The position numbers were made by a program, and so were the translations under genes. Positions 47,169 through 57,525 of a stretch of 64,000 nt of DNA are shown piece by piece. Source of the stretch: an uncultured Eubacteriales bacterium (lineage in GTDB: Bacteria; Bacillota; Clostridia; Oscillospirales; Acutalibacteraceae); NCBI GenBank assembly GCA_964512735.1, contig CAZEKQ010000003.1, positions 5,951 through 69,950 on the forward strand. Reading direction: 5' to 3'. Every line of letters begins with the position of its first letter. Position 1 is the first letter of the stretch. The notes under the pieces were generated by a model. The model was not told the DNA's origin and searched no databases. It saw nothing but the letters and a program-made list of their open reading frames with translations.

Positions 47169-47337
47169 TAAATCCACACCATTCTCTGCACAAAAAATCA
47201 TTAAAGTAAAACCACAATATTTTTGTGCAGTCAAATAAGTGGTTACATAACATTTTAAATAAAAATGCATATCATTAAAAGATTACAGTAAAATGAGCAA
47301 ATCGTCAATATCTAAATAGAAATTAGGGCATTTTTTT

Positions 47338-48183
47338 CTATTTTCTAGCAATAACCACACGATTTATTTCATTAAAGTCTTCTTTTGTTTCTATATTAGA
47401 ATAAACCTCTGAAAATATATCACAAACATCTTTTTCTTGTTCGTCACCAATTTCTACTGCAATCATACCTTTTTCACATAGATATGGCGCCCATTTTTCT
47501 GCCAAGATTTTATAAAAATACAGGCCGTCATCGCCACCATCAAGTGCCATTTTTGGTTCTTTTTGCACTTCTTTTTGCAATTGTTTTATTTCACCGGATT
47601 TTATATATGGAGGATTTGAAACAATAATATCCGGATTTGGCAAATCAAAAAAATCAAATCCCCTTGTTATATCCGAGTTTATAACAACTACATTTTGCAA
47701 ACCATATTGTTTTATATTCTTTTCAAGATATTTTATCGCTAGTGATGACTTTTCTATTAAATAAACCTTGCAGTTCTCGCATAATTTTGCAATAGAAATT
47801 CCAATGCAACCACTACCAGAACATAAATCAAAAATGACTTTTTCACTCTTTGAATTTTGCAGTTCCTTTTGAACTTCTTTAACTAAAATCTCAGTTTCTT
47901 CCCTTGGGATTAGCACTCCATCACCCACAAAAAAGTCAAAACCCATAAACTCCCATACACCAACAATATACTGAAGTGGTTTGCCACTTATTCTTTCATC
48001 AATACATTTAAAAAAGCTATCTATTTCATCTTTTGGAGCGTTTTGCTCACCTTTAATTGCTAATCTTACCCTGTCAAGACCAAAAATATTCTCAAAGATT
48101 ACCCTGTTATCAAAATCAGAATTTTCAACATCATTTTGCCTAAGCTTTTCAGCTCCCTGTTTATAAATCTGAGAATAAGTCAT
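47338..48183 (-). CDS. prmC: Release factor glutamine N5-methyltransferase
   Basis: 281 aa. SAM site DLCSGSGCIG and catalytic SNPPYI. Confidence 0.9.
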   Translation of the reverse strand: MTYSQIYKQGAEKLRQNDVENSDFDNRVIFENIFGLDRVRLAIKGEQNAPKDEIDSFFKCIDERISGKPLQYIVGVWEFMGFDFFVGDGVLIPREETEILVKEVQKELQNSKSEKVIFDLCSGSGCIGISIAKLCENCKVYLIEKSSLAIKYLEKNIKQYGLQNVVVINSDITRGFDFFDLPNPDIIVSNPPYIKSGEIKQLQKEVQKEPKMALDGGDDGLYFYKILAEKWAPYLCEKGMIAVEIGDEQEKDVCDIFSEVYSNIETKEDFNEINRVVIARK

Positions 48184-49175
48184 TGTATTAAACCGTCCTG
48201 TGGCTCTTGTATATTTTGTTTTTCACTTTGAGGTTCATTATAAATCACGGCTTTTAGTGCCTCTATCCCAACTTCAATAATGTCGTCTGTTGGTTCTTTT
48301 GTTGTAAGTCTTTGCATCCAAAGCCCAGGTGCTGAAACAATTTTTGTAAACCAGTTTTCTGTTCTGCCTGAATATTTTATAAACTCATAGCCTATACCCA
48401 TTATAATTGGCAACATCAAAACCTTTACAATTGACCAAAGCCACCTTGTTTCCCCGAGTGATGGGAAAACCATTATAACTATCGTGGAAACGAGTATTCC
48501 AATAATAAGCATTACAAAAATAAAACTTGTTCCACATCTTGGGTGAAATCTTGTATGTTTTTTTACATTTTCTACTGTTAACTCTTCGCCACTTTCATAA
48601 CAAAAAATTGTTTTATGCTCTGCACCGTGATACATAAAAACTCTTTTTATGTCCTTCATTTGCGATACAATAGCAACATATCCAATGAAAATAATTATTC
48701 TAATAATTCCCTCAAACAGTGGGTGCCATTTTGACAGAGTATTTCCTGCTAAATATTTATCTAGCATATCCACAGCATAAACAGGCAAATAGAAAAAGAG
48801 AACGAATGATAATAAAACACCTAAAAGTGCCGAAACAATTCCAATAAACACCATTATATGCTCGCCAAACTTATCATTTAACCATTTGTCAAACTTTGAT
48901 AATTCTTCATCATCATCGCTAAGCCCTGACTTTTCTGCCGATTCCATAAGACAGCTGTATCCAAAAATCATAGACTCTATAAAGGTTATAAATCCACGCA
49001 AAAAAGGAATACCAAAAATCTTATTTTTATCTTTTAATTGTTTCATTTCCTTTGATGTTGTTTCTATTTCGCCATTTGGCAAGCGTACAGACATTGCAGA
49101 GCCTGTAGGTCCGCGCATTACTATTCCTTCGATTAGAGCTTGACCTCCAACGCTTGTGTTAACCTTTTTACTCAT
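48180..49175 (-). CDS. DUF1385 family membrane protein
   Basis: 331 aa. VGGQALIEGIVMRGP N-terminus plus YHGAEHK motif. Overlaps prmC (ATGA), an arrangement common in Firmicutes. Confidence 0.75.
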   Translation of the reverse strand: MSKKVNTSVGGQALIEGIVMRGPTGSAMSVRLPNGEIETTSKEMKQLKDKNKIFGIPFLRGFITFIESMIFGYSCLMESAEKSGLSDDDEELSKFDKWLNDKFGEHIMVFIGIVSALLGVLLSFVLFFYLPVYAVDMLDKYLAGNTLSKWHPLFEGIIRIIIFIGYVAIVSQMKDIKRVFMYHGAEHKTIFCYESGEELTVENVKKHTRFHPRCGTSFIFVMLIIGILVSTIVIMVFPSLGETRWLWSIVKVLMLPIIMGIGYEFIKYSGRTENWFTKIVSAPGLWMQRLTTKEPTDDIIEVGIEALKAVIYNEPQSEKQNIQEPQDGLIQ

Positions 49176-50661
49176 CCTGTATTTCCCTTTCCTCTGGTAA
49201 AATATTTGCCGATAAATCTTCTGTTAATTCTACCTTATCTATTGGCAAACTTAAAATTACAAGTGTTCCTTTATCTAGCTCGCTTTTTATATCAATTTTA
49301 CCATCGTGAAGTTTCATCATCTCGTCACAAACGGCAAGACCTATACCAGAACCCCTTACAGAAATATTTGACTTGTAAAATTTTTCTCTAATTCGTGGCA
49401 AGTCCTCTGGAGCAATTCCACAGCCAGTATCCTCAACATAAATCTTTAGCGTTTGCTTTTCATCATTATCTGGATTATTTTCAATTTCGGCATATACATT
49501 TATTTTTCCACCCTGCGGTGTATATTTAAAGGCATTATCTAGAATGTTTACAAAAACTTGTCTAATTCTATTTGGGTCCCCATCCATAGGTGCTGGAGTG
49601 TGCGGAACATTATAAATCAGCTCAACGCCCTCTCTCATTGAGCGGTCTTTAAAAACAAATGCAGCCTCATCAAGCTCTGCTAAAACATCAATTCTCTCTG
49701 CTCTAAGAGACAGTCTGCCGTTAACAAGTTTTGAAAGGTCTAGCAAATCCTCAACTACGCCGGTTAGCCTCGTTGATTCATTAATTATAACCTCAATCCC
49801 TCTTTTTGTAAGTGACGGGTCGGTTTCTCCAACTTGAAGCAGTGTTTCTCCCCAGCCTTTAATTGCTGTAAGCGGTGTTCTCATCTCGTGTGAAACTGTA
49901 GAAATAAAGTCGTTTCTCATTTTATCTGTTGCGTTAATTTCCGATGCCATATAGTTTATAGTTTCGCACAATTCTCCAATTTCATCATCATATTGACGGC
50001 TCTCTATTCTTGCTCCCAAATCACCTTTTGCAATTTTTTTTGCAGTTTCATTTATTTCTCTAACAGGGTTTACAATCGACTGAATAAAAAACATTCCTGA
50101 AATTGTTACTAGTGAGATTATTATTACTATTATTAGCATAGATACAACAAAAACTCTAACTAACTGCCTGTCAATATCTTCAACAGAAATCATGTATCGT
50201 ATTGCGCCAGAATTTTCGCCATTTACGCTCGGAAGCATAAATGTCATAGCCATTATTTTCTCGCCTGACTGTGTTTTCCCTTTAAACTCACCTTTGTTAG
50301 TTTTGGATTTTAAAGCGTCATTATATTCTGGTATTTGAGCATCTTCAATACTAAATCCACTTGTAGAAATTGCAACATTGCCATCTTTGTCAATTATCCA
50401 AATCTCAATAGACTCTTTTTGAGAAAAATTTTCTACAAACTCTCTTGCACCTGCTTCAAACCGTTCTTCTGTACCACCCGTATAAAGCGAAAAAAAGTTA
50501 GAAACACTATCTGAGTACTGTGAGCTTAGCTTTAAACTTACCGTATCATAATAATATGACTGCAACATAAGCATTAAAACCGTTGTAAAAATAAACAGAA
50601 TAATAATAACCACAAGTAGTGTATTAATTGCCCATCTTCTTGTTATCCCGCTAAGCTTCAC
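49168..50661 (-). CDS. Sensor histidine kinase (2 TM, HAMP, HisKA, HATPase_c)
   Basis: H-box FISTVSHEMRTPLTAI, N-box NILDNAFKYT, G-boxes DTGCGI and GSGIGLAV. GTG start. Confidence 0.9.
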   Translation of the reverse strand: MKLSGITRRWAINTLLVVIIILFIFTTVLMLMLQSYYYDTVSLKLSSQYSDSVSNFFSLYTGGTEERFEAGAREFVENFSQKESIEIWIIDKDGNVAISTSGFSIEDAQIPEYNDALKSKTNKGEFKGKTQSGEKIMAMTFMLPSVNGENSGAIRYMISVEDIDRQLVRVFVVSMLIIVIIISLVTISGMFFIQSIVNPVREINETAKKIAKGDLGARIESRQYDDEIGELCETINYMASEINATDKMRNDFISTVSHEMRTPLTAIKGWGETLLQVGETDPSLTKRGIEVIINESTRLTGVVEDLLDLSKLVNGRLSLRAERIDVLAELDEAAFVFKDRSMREGVELIYNVPHTPAPMDGDPNRIRQVFVNILDNAFKYTPQGGKINVYAEIENNPDNDEKQTLKIYVEDTGCGIAPEDLPRIREKFYKSNISVRGSGIGLAVCDEMMKLHDGKIDIKSELDKGTLVILSLPIDKVELTEDLSANILPEEREIQDE

Positions 50662-50691
50662 TATCTCACTTCCAAATAAAAATTACGACAC

Positions 50692-51399
50692 TTATTCAAC
50701 CCATTTATAGCCAAGTCCCCAAATTGTTACCAAATGCTTTGGCGTAGATGGGTCATCTTCCACTTTCATTCTAAGCCTTCTAATGTTAACATCTACAACT
50801 TTTTCTTCACCAAAGTATGAGCTTCCCCACACTCTATTAAGTATATCTGCTCTATCTAGTGCGGCTCCAGGATTTTGAAAAAAATATTCCACAATCTGAA
50901 ACTCTACTTGCGTTAAATCAATTGGAACACCATTTTTTTTGAGCGTTCTACTTCTTGTATCCAAAACAAATTCACCAAGCTCAATTCTATCACTTTGCTC
51001 TTGGCCTTGCTCCCCGCCCATCTTATTCATCGCAACTCTTCTGTAGCTTGCGTCAACTCTTGCCATTAACTCTGCTGGAGAAAAAGGCTTTGTTACATAA
51101 TCATCAGCGCCCACAAGCAAGCCTGTTACCTTATCCATTTCCTGTGTTTTTGCTGTAAGCATTATTATTCCAACGCTTTGGCTTTTTTTACGCAACTGTT
51201 TGCAGACTTCTATGCCATCTATTTCCGGCATCATAATATCAAGTAACACAACATCAAAATCGCCATTGTGCGCATCATATTCTCTTAGTGCTTCGGCACC
51301 GTCTGCCGCCTCAACAACATCATATCCACTTCTTTTTAAATTTATAACTATAAACTCTCTTATAGACGCCTCATCTTCGGCTACTAGTACCTTTTTCAA
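50692..51399 (-). CDS. OmpR/PhoB-family response regulator
   Basis: Receiver domain (VLVAEDE, DVVLLDIMMP, LTAK) and winged-helix C-terminus (IWGLGYKW). TTG start after AAAGGGG. Confidence 0.92.
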   Translation of the reverse strand: MKKVLVAEDEASIREFIVINLKRSGYDVVEAADGAEALREYDAHNGDFDVVLLDIMMPEIDGIEVCKQLRKKSQSVGIIMLTAKTQEMDKVTGLLVGADDYVTKPFSPAELMARVDASYRRVAMNKMGGEQGQEQSDRIELGEFVLDTRSRTLKKNGVPIDLTQVEFQIVEYFFQNPGAALDRADILNRVWGSSYFGEEKVVDVNIRRLRMKVEDDPSTPKHLVTIWGLGYKWVE

Positions 51400-51412
51400 A
51401 GCTACAACCCCT

Positions 51413-52777
51413 TTATTGTATAATCTTTATATTTGAAATTAAAGTTTCAGGTTTTATACCAGCTTTTTCTCCGTCTTTTGTTATTTTATAAGCATAAACG
51501 ATGCTATTATTTCTTTTTAAAATCGAGTAGTTTTCTTTGGGATTGCTAAGCCACTCTCCAACTGCAACAGTAATAATTGAAAATAATTCGTTGCCCCGAG
51601 TGCCTTCTTGCGTTCTTTGATACACTGTGAGTTGCTTTTGTTTTAAATTATTATAAGCCAAAATAGAATCAACATCAGAGTCGTCTATTAGCAGTATATA
51701 AAGGTCGCTATAATTTACTAAACTATTGACTTTAGGCACTAGTTCATCATTATTTACTGCGCACCACTGTGTAATCCCAACAGAAATCTCATTTGCTCCA
51801 CTCATATCTAGAGCTAGATTATTTCTCTTAACAGTATCGGTTGGAATTTCAATTTTACCGTCACCATCAATATCCATAGATGAAATTCCTGGGGTTCTAA
51901 GGGTTCTAAAGTTTGTAAGCGTTTCATTATCAAAAAATGGTGCTACAAGCTTTGAATTTTCTTTATCCCAATATACAACCTCGGTTATCATTTGATGTTC
52001 GCCTTTATTAGCATCTATAAATATTTTAGTAGGCCCGTTATTTGAATCTTCCTCTACTTTGAATGAAGAATAGCCAGAAACAAATCCATCAAGACTTACC
52101 TCGCCTACAATTGAAACTGTTTCTTTTTTGCTCATTTTTAGAAGTTTTGCACAAGCTTTTGGTGTGTCTTTTGACGAATCTATTTGAGTTAAAAACATTT
52201 CTGTATCACCATCGCCATCTAAGTCGACCATTTTAAAATATGAACATGATTCGTTTGCAAGAGTTTTAAGACCTGATATTTTTCCGTTTTCTTCCATAAT
52301 TTTATGGATTGTTACAACTTTGCTTGTTTTGCTTTCATACAAATTCCAGCAAATAACAATTTCATTATGACCGTCATTATTCATATCTACAAATGAAATC
52401 GACGATATTTCACTGCCGTAACCTGCAAAATCGGAAACGCTTTTCCACTTTCCGTCTACTTTGTCGAGTATATTTACACGCACAATTGTTTCATCTGATT
52501 TAAGAGTATAAAAAACCAAAACCTCTTCTTGACCGTCCATATCAACATCATACATAACAAATGACGAGCGATAATCACCCTCTGTAGGGTACTTGAGGAT
52601 TAAGTTTTCTTTACTCTTAATTGAATTTTCAAAAGCTGTTTGAATTTTCTCATTGTCACCATAAATTCTTGGTGGTCTCATCAAATCTTGCACTGTGTAA
52701 AACTTTGAAATGAACAAAATCAAAAAAGGGCAGATTATAAGAACAGCAACAAGTATTATAAATATCTTTTTGTTCAT
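51413..52777 (-). CDS. Signal-anchored FG-GAP/VCBS-like repeat protein
   Basis: Start at ATG 52777 (MNKKIFIILVAVLIICPF) after GGGGAG. Four Ca-binding-type repeats: DVDMDGQEE, DMNNDGHNE, DLDGDGDTE, DIDGDGKIE. Confidence 0.6.
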   Translation of the reverse strand: MNKKIFIILVAVLIICPFLILFISKFYTVQDLMRPPRIYGDNEKIQTAFENSIKSKENLILKYPTEGDYRSSFVMYDVDMDGQEEVLVFYTLKSDETIVRVNILDKVDGKWKSVSDFAGYGSEISSISFVDMNNDGHNEIVICWNLYESKTSKVVTIHKIMEENGKISGLKTLANESCSYFKMVDLDGDGDTEMFLTQIDSSKDTPKACAKLLKMSKKETVSIVGEVSLDGFVSGYSSFKVEEDSNNGPTKIFIDANKGEHQMITEVVYWDKENSKLVAPFFDNETLTNFRTLRTPGISSMDIDGDGKIEIPTDTVKRNNLALDMSGANEISVGITQWCAVNNDELVPKVNSLVNYSDLYILLIDDSDVDSILAYNNLKQKQLTVYQRTQEGTRGNELFSIITVAVGEWLSNPKENYSILKRNNSIVYAYKITKDGEKAGIKPETLISNIKIIQ

Positions 52778-52800
52778 ACTAACTCCCCTTTTTTGTATTA

Positions 52801-54078
52801 TTAGTTTGTAACAGTGATTTGAACTTTGTAATTCCCATAAGCCCAGCATCTATCATTTTTAACCTTTACATTTGCTGTTACCGTATGCTTTCCCGCTGTT
52901 AGTTTTTTGTCTTCTAAATTTATTTCTGCATAAATATCATCAACTGTTAAATTTGATATATCATTAGAAGGGCCTACTAAAACTACATTTTGTATGCTAT
53001 TTTGAGCAATTTTTATCTTGCTACCTGCCGGTGCATTTACTATTGAAATATTGCTTGAATTGACTTTGCTTTTTATACTTTTTCCACCAACGACATCAAC
53101 ACTTACCGAAATAGTTTCAACATTATCTAATACCTTTATATTCGATATATCGGCTGTTTTAAAAGAAAATTTATTTTCACCATTTCTGATACTATTAAAA
53201 TCAATTTCCCCGACATTTAAAGTTGTCATACTTGATAGTACATCTTCAGGAGCGGCAATTTTTATTGTAGCAGGGCTTGCAACAATATTAAGCTCACTAC
53301 CCAAATATCCTGCCGGAGCATTTTTAAAGCTTACACTCACTGGCATTTGTGCTACCTTATATACAGGAACTGTAATTGTTAAAGAGTCCAGTTTTGGCGT
53401 TATTTCTAAATATTTAAGCGACCTGCCATACTCATCAACTATCAAAAGTTCTGCTGGAAAGCTTTTTGTAGCTTTAAGTGGTTCTTCAACATTTATTCTT
53501 GCGCTTACTTTTTTAATTTTATTAATTTCAGTTGCAGGTCCACTTATTTTTATTCTATCCGTTGATAAAACAGGAATATCTGATACAAATTCATCCAAAA
53601 ACAAAAGTTTATCACTAACGATAATATCCGGTGTTATTGTCATATCAATGCTTTTTGGAGTATCAAAATAAACATCAATATAGTCCACCGATGTAGAAAC
53701 AATTTTGTAACCCGCATTTGAACTATCTGGCGTTGCCCTAAGCTTTAACGACTGCTTTCCAACGCTATTAACATAGTTTGTAATTGCGGTTACTTTGATG
53801 TCCTTAGCCGATAAAACATTATCCCCAACTAAATATCTTCTGCCTCTAACTGTAACATCAACAAAATATTCATCTTGACCATAAACCTTATAGCCTAGCT
53901 GTTCTGGCACGCTTGTATCAATTTCAACTTTAACATTTTTTATCGTTCTTTCTACCTCTGGGCTTTCATTTAGCGTAACTGCAATCCAAATTATTAAAGC
54001 CATCGCAAATGAAAAACCCACTAGAAAATTTGTGTTATACAGCAAAGATTGGAGGCTAATTTTTTTATTTTTTGCCAC
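52801..54078 (-). CDS. cdaR: CdaA regulatory protein CdaR (YbbR-domain repeats)
   Basis: 425 aa. N-terminal TM helix, then four ~90-aa beta-rich repeats. The start overlaps the cdaA stop. Confidence 0.82.
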   Translation of the reverse strand: MAKNKKISLQSLLYNTNFLVGFSFAMALIIWIAVTLNESPEVERTIKNVKVEIDTSVPEQLGYKVYGQDEYFVDVTVRGRRYLVGDNVLSAKDIKVTAITNYVNSVGKQSLKLRATPDSSNAGYKIVSTSVDYIDVYFDTPKSIDMTITPDIIVSDKLLFLDEFVSDIPVLSTDRIKISGPATEINKIKKVSARINVEEPLKATKSFPAELLIVDEYGRSLKYLEITPKLDSLTITVPVYKVAQMPVSVSFKNAPAGYLGSELNIVASPATIKIAAPEDVLSSMTTLNVGEIDFNSIRNGENKFSFKTADISNIKVLDNVETISVSVDVVGGKSIKSKVNSSNISIVNAPAGSKIKIAQNSIQNVVLVGPSNDISNLTVDDIYAEINLEDKKLTAGKHTVTANVKVKNDRCWAYGNYKVQITVTN

Positions 54079-54976
54079 TGCGAAAACCTCCTAAAATCTT
54101 ATCAATTTTACGCTCTTTTTCGTGAGTGCTTTCGATAATAAAATAGTCCATTAGCTTTTCTCTTAAATCTCCATCAGAAATATCTCTAAAAAGAGTGCCA
54201 CGCACTGCAATTGAAATTGAGCCTGTTTCCTCTGAAATTACAACAATCATAGCGTCACTTTGCTCGCTCATACCTATCGCAGCCCTGTGCCTTGTACCAA
54301 GTTCACTACTTAGCTCTTTGTTTTGTGTTAAAGGCAAAAAGCATCCAGCTGCATACAATTTTCCATCTCTTATTACAGCTGCACCATCGTGAAGTGGCGA
54401 CTTTGGATAAAAAATGTTGCCAATAAGTTCGGGCGAAGTTTCTGCATTAATTGTTGTTCCACTACTAATAATTTCACCTAGCGGTGTGTTTTTTTCAAAC
54501 ACAATCAAAGCTCCAATTTTTACATCGCTCATATCTGAGCAAGCTTTGCAAACATCTCTAATCGCTTTTGTGTTTCGCTCATTTCTAATCACAGTTATAT
54601 CATTTGCTTTTCCACTAAATGTTAGCAATTTTATAAGGCTCGTACTCCCCATTCGCTCAAGCGCGTTACGAATTTCTGGGTGAAAAATAATTATTAAAAT
54701 TACTATTATGTTTTCAAAAGTTTTTCTAAAAATATAGGTGCTCGCCTGCATATCCATCATACTTACAATTGCAAAAACAATAATAAGAAAAACAAGCCCC
54801 TTTGCAAGTAACAAAGCTCTCGTATCCCTTATCAATTTAATTCCCTGATACACTATAAATGCAATAAGCAACAAATCAAGTGTATCTGATAATAAATCAT
54901 ATGTGCTAAATATACTAACGACCTTTTCAAAAAAGCTCGTAATACTATTTATAAAGGTTGCCATCTCTTCCACCAT
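54065..54976 (-). CDS. cdaA: Diadenylate cyclase CdaA
   Basis: Three N-terminal TM helices. DAC domain motifs PLHDGAAVI, GTRHRAAIGMSE and VISEETGSISIA. Confidence 0.92.
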   Translation of the reverse strand: MVEEMATFINSITSFFEKVVSIFSTYDLLSDTLDLLLIAFIVYQGIKLIRDTRALLLAKGLVFLIIVFAIVSMMDMQASTYIFRKTFENIIVILIIIFHPEIRNALERMGSTSLIKLLTFSGKANDITVIRNERNTKAIRDVCKACSDMSDVKIGALIVFEKNTPLGEIISSGTTINAETSPELIGNIFYPKSPLHDGAAVIRDGKLYAAGCFLPLTQNKELSSELGTRHRAAIGMSEQSDAMIVVISEETGSISIAVRGTLFRDISDGDLREKLMDYFIIESTHEKERKIDKILGGFRSGKK

Positions 54977-55029
54977 TTCCTAAGCACTTCGTTTAATTTC
55001 TTTCAAAAATAAGCTTGCACAAAATTATC

Positions 55030-55500
55030 TCATTCATTTAGTATGCATACAGCATTTGCCGACATACCTTCCCCACTACCTGTAAATCCAAGATTTTCCT
55101 CTGTTGTCGCTTTTACATTAACCCTGCTAATATCCACTTTACACGCAGTAGCTATATTATTTCTCATTTTATCAATATGTGGCCTCATCTTTGGCGCTTG
55201 TGCAATAATTGTGCAATCAATATTACCTACACTATAGCCTTTTGATATTAAAACATCGACTATGTTTTCAAGAAGTTTTAAGCTGTCAGCATTTTTAAAC
55301 CTCTCATCGTCATCAGGAAAAAGTTTGCCAATATCACCAAGTGCTGCAGCACCTAGTAATGCGTCACTCACTGCGTGAAGTAACACATCAGCATCCGAAT
55401 GACCAATTAGTCCCTTTTCATAAGGAATACAAACACCGCCAACTATAAGCTTTCGATTTTCAACTAAACGATGAACATCGTAACCGTGCCCTATCCTCAT
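55030..55500 (-). CDS. ispF: 2-C-methyl-D-erythritol 2,4-cyclodiphosphate synthase
   Basis: 156 aa. [11 protein letters not shown] and [11 protein letters not shown] motifs. Confidence 0.95.
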   Translation of the reverse strand: MRIGHGYDVHRLVENRKLIVGGVCIPYEKGLIGHSDADVLLHAVSDALLGAAALGDIGKLFPDDDERFKNADSLKLLENIVDVLISKGYSVGNIDCTIIAQAPKMRPHIDKMRNNIATACKVDISRVNVKATTEENLGFTGSGEGMSANAVCILNE

Positions 55501-55531
55501 TTATGCTAACACCCCTTAATTTATAAACGCT

Positions 55532-56119
55532 TTAAGCAATCTCAACAGAAATTATTTTCACATCCTGTGCAGGCTTATCTTGCAACGCTGTTTTTACATT
55601 TGCAATTTCATCAACAACATCCATTCCTTCAAACACTTGTCCAAACACTGTATGTTTAAAATCAAGCCACGGTGTTCCGCCTACTTCTTTGTAATTATCA
55701 ATTACTTGCTGTGGAAATCCGTCATCTATCATACTTTCCATTTGTGGTATAAAAGATGGGTCTACCGTATCTGCTTGCACTATAAAAAATTGGCTTCCAT
55801 TTGTGCAAGGACCTGAATTTGCCATTGACAAAGCTCCTCTAAGGTTGTGAAGGTCTTGCGAAAACTCGTCTTCAAAAGGAGTTCCCCAAATGCTTTCTCC
55901 ACCCATTCCTGTGCCGTTAGGATCTCCACCCTGAATCATAAAATCTTTAATTACTCTATGAAAGATTAACCCATCGTAGTACCCATTTTTTGCGTGCGTT
56001 GTAAAATTCTCAACCGTTTTTGGAGCACACTGTGGAAATAGTCTTATTTTTATAGTTCCCATTGTTGTTGTCATTGTTGCTACTAATTCATCTTTTTGTG
56101 GCATTTGTAGTTGGTTCAT
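55532..56119 (-). CDS. ppiB: Cyclophilin-type peptidyl-prolyl isomerase
   Basis: 195 aa. [15 protein letters not shown] and [17 protein letters not shown]. Confidence 0.93.
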   Translation of the reverse strand: MNQLQMPQKDELVATMTTTMGTIKIRLFPQCAPKTVENFTTHAKNGYYDGLIFHRVIKDFMIQGGDPNGTGMGGESIWGTPFEDEFSQDLHNLRGALSMANSGPCTNGSQFFIVQADTVDPSFIPQMESMIDDGFPQQVIDNYKEVGGTPWLDFKHTVFGQVFEGMDVVDEIANVKTALQDKPAQDVKIISVEIA

Positions 56120-56147
56120 AAAAATTATCCCCTTTTATTTTTTATAT

Positions 56148-56963
56148 TTAATATTTACTGTTTTGAGAATTGCCTCGCGAGGTGTTTACGATATTTGTTT
56201 CAACGCTTTTATATTCTCCCGCAAATTTTTGCGACAGCTCCATAAGAAATCTTATTTTTTTGTTTACAAGTTCTGCCTCAAAAGGCATTTTAACTTTTAA
56301 TATAAGCTTAAATTGTGGTAGCACTCTACCTTCAACAGGTTCTTTAACCATATCAACATATGCAAATCCACTTTTAAATGCTTCCGACGCAAAAGCAACC
56401 ACTGCTTCTTTGCTTGTAAATGTTAGAAAAAACTTTACATCTCTTGGTGTTTTTCCGTCGTCGCTATATTTTCTTAATTTGCTTATAATATTTTGCGTTT
56501 GAATTTCTTTTAGCTGATACTCGTCAGGATACAAAAGCTCAAAATACTCATTGCCTTTTGGGTCAAACAAAATGCTCGTATCGGTATGTCTAAACGCAGA
56601 CTCTAAAAGCGCACTAAATATTCCCGATGCTTTTTGCGCACTTTTTTTAGAAATATAGTACATCAAAAACGCATATCCCTTTGAGCATACAATCCCTCGC
56701 CCTGCAAACAGCCCATCAATATGTTGCGAAATCATTGATTCGATAGTGTAAATATGGGCAAGCTCTGCATCGCTCACCAGCCCACCATCATAATCTTTCA
56801 TATATATTTCCATATTTATTTTTACACAATGGTTATATTTTTCTGCCGGAAACTGCTCTGCAAGTGCCATATTGCACGACAAAAAAACAGGGAGGTTTTC
56901 AAAATCTTCAACATATTCACAAATCTCTATTTTTGGCTCAGGTCTTGGAGTAAAAAGCCCCAT
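56148..56963 (-). CDS. DUF695 / RraB-like domain protein
   Basis: 271 aa. The C-terminal segment KLRKYSDDGKTPRDVKFFLTFTSKEAVVAFASEAFKSGF fits the RraB (regulator of ribonuclease activity B) domain pattern as I recall it. The N-terminal half is DUF695-like. Strong RBS GGGAGG. Confidence 0.55.
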   Translation of the reverse strand: MGLFTPRPEPKIEICEYVEDFENLPVFLSCNMALAEQFPAEKYNHCVKINMEIYMKDYDGGLVSDAELAHIYTIESMISQHIDGLFAGRGIVCSKGYAFLMYYISKKSAQKASGIFSALLESAFRHTDTSILFDPKGNEYFELLYPDEYQLKEIQTQNIISKLRKYSDDGKTPRDVKFFLTFTSKEAVVAFASEAFKSGFAYVDMVKEPVEGRVLPQFKLILKVKMPFEAELVNKKIRFLMELSQKFAGEYKSVETNIVNTSRGNSQNSKY

Positions 56964-56998
56964 AAAATTCCTCCCAATTAATTTATTTTAACTATGTT

Positions 56999-57027
56999 AG
57001 TATATCATAATCACATCATCTTTTCAA
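56999..57027 (-). promoter_or_regulatory. Candidate sigma-A promoter for the DUF695/RraB-like gene
   Basis: Minus strand TTGAAA-17 nt-TATACT, about 35 nt upstream of the ATG. Confidence 0.45.
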
Positions 57028-57192
57028 TACTCGCCTCCCTGTTAAAAGGCAATAAATGAGCGGTTTAATCCATACTAAAACACATAACATGTTTTTATTT
57101 TACTATATTTGTTATGCCTTATATTGTCGGATTTTAACAAAAGTGCAATGATTTTCATATCCTAATATAAGAAATCAATTGGAGGTTATATT

Positions 57193-57459
57193 ATGTATAG
57201 CTATAAAATGAATTTCGCAATACCCTTTCAGGTCAATGCAAGGAACGCAAATATGTTAAGCCACAAACTATCAAACCTCGATAGCCATATTTTTATAAGT
57301 AAAGAAGGGTGTTATAGAAAGTGCAATGCAAAATCTGAACTTGGTCTTCTTTCTTTAAATATTGGCGAGGCAGACCATGTGCTTTTGCAAATCAATGGGC
57401 AAAACTGTATATCTGACGCTAGTGCGATTCAAAAAATATTTAACATACTTCCATCGTAA
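57193..57459 (+). CDS. HPr-fold protein lacking the PTS His15 (Crh-like)
   Basis: 88 aa. RBS GGAGG 8 nt upstream. FQVNARNANMLSHKLSNLDSHIFISKEGCYRKCNAKSELGLLSLNIGEADHVLLQINGQN aligns by eye with HPr/Crh (GLHARPA...DGKxVNAKSIMGxMSL). It has Asn where HPr has His15, keeps Arg17, and keeps the Ser46 context NAKS. Confidence 0.7.
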   Translation: MYSYKMNFAIPFQVNARNANMLSHKLSNLDSHIFISKEGCYRKCNAKSELGLLSLNIGEADHVLLQINGQNCISDASAIQKIFNILPS

Positions 57460-57525
57460 ACGCACTATGCAATTTATGTAATTAAATTTAATATATAGAA
57501 TGGGTTTTGTTATGAGCATATTTTA

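Noticed and set aside
53018-53671. Long antisense ORFs inside well-supported genes: 217 aa opposite cdaR, 188 aa at 28743-29309 opposite rsgA, and 170 aa at 13575-14087 opposite ftsH.
   Set aside because: Each is fully embedded opposite a gene with clear family motifs. They have no RBS and their composition is S/P/I/F-rich shadow-frame sequence.
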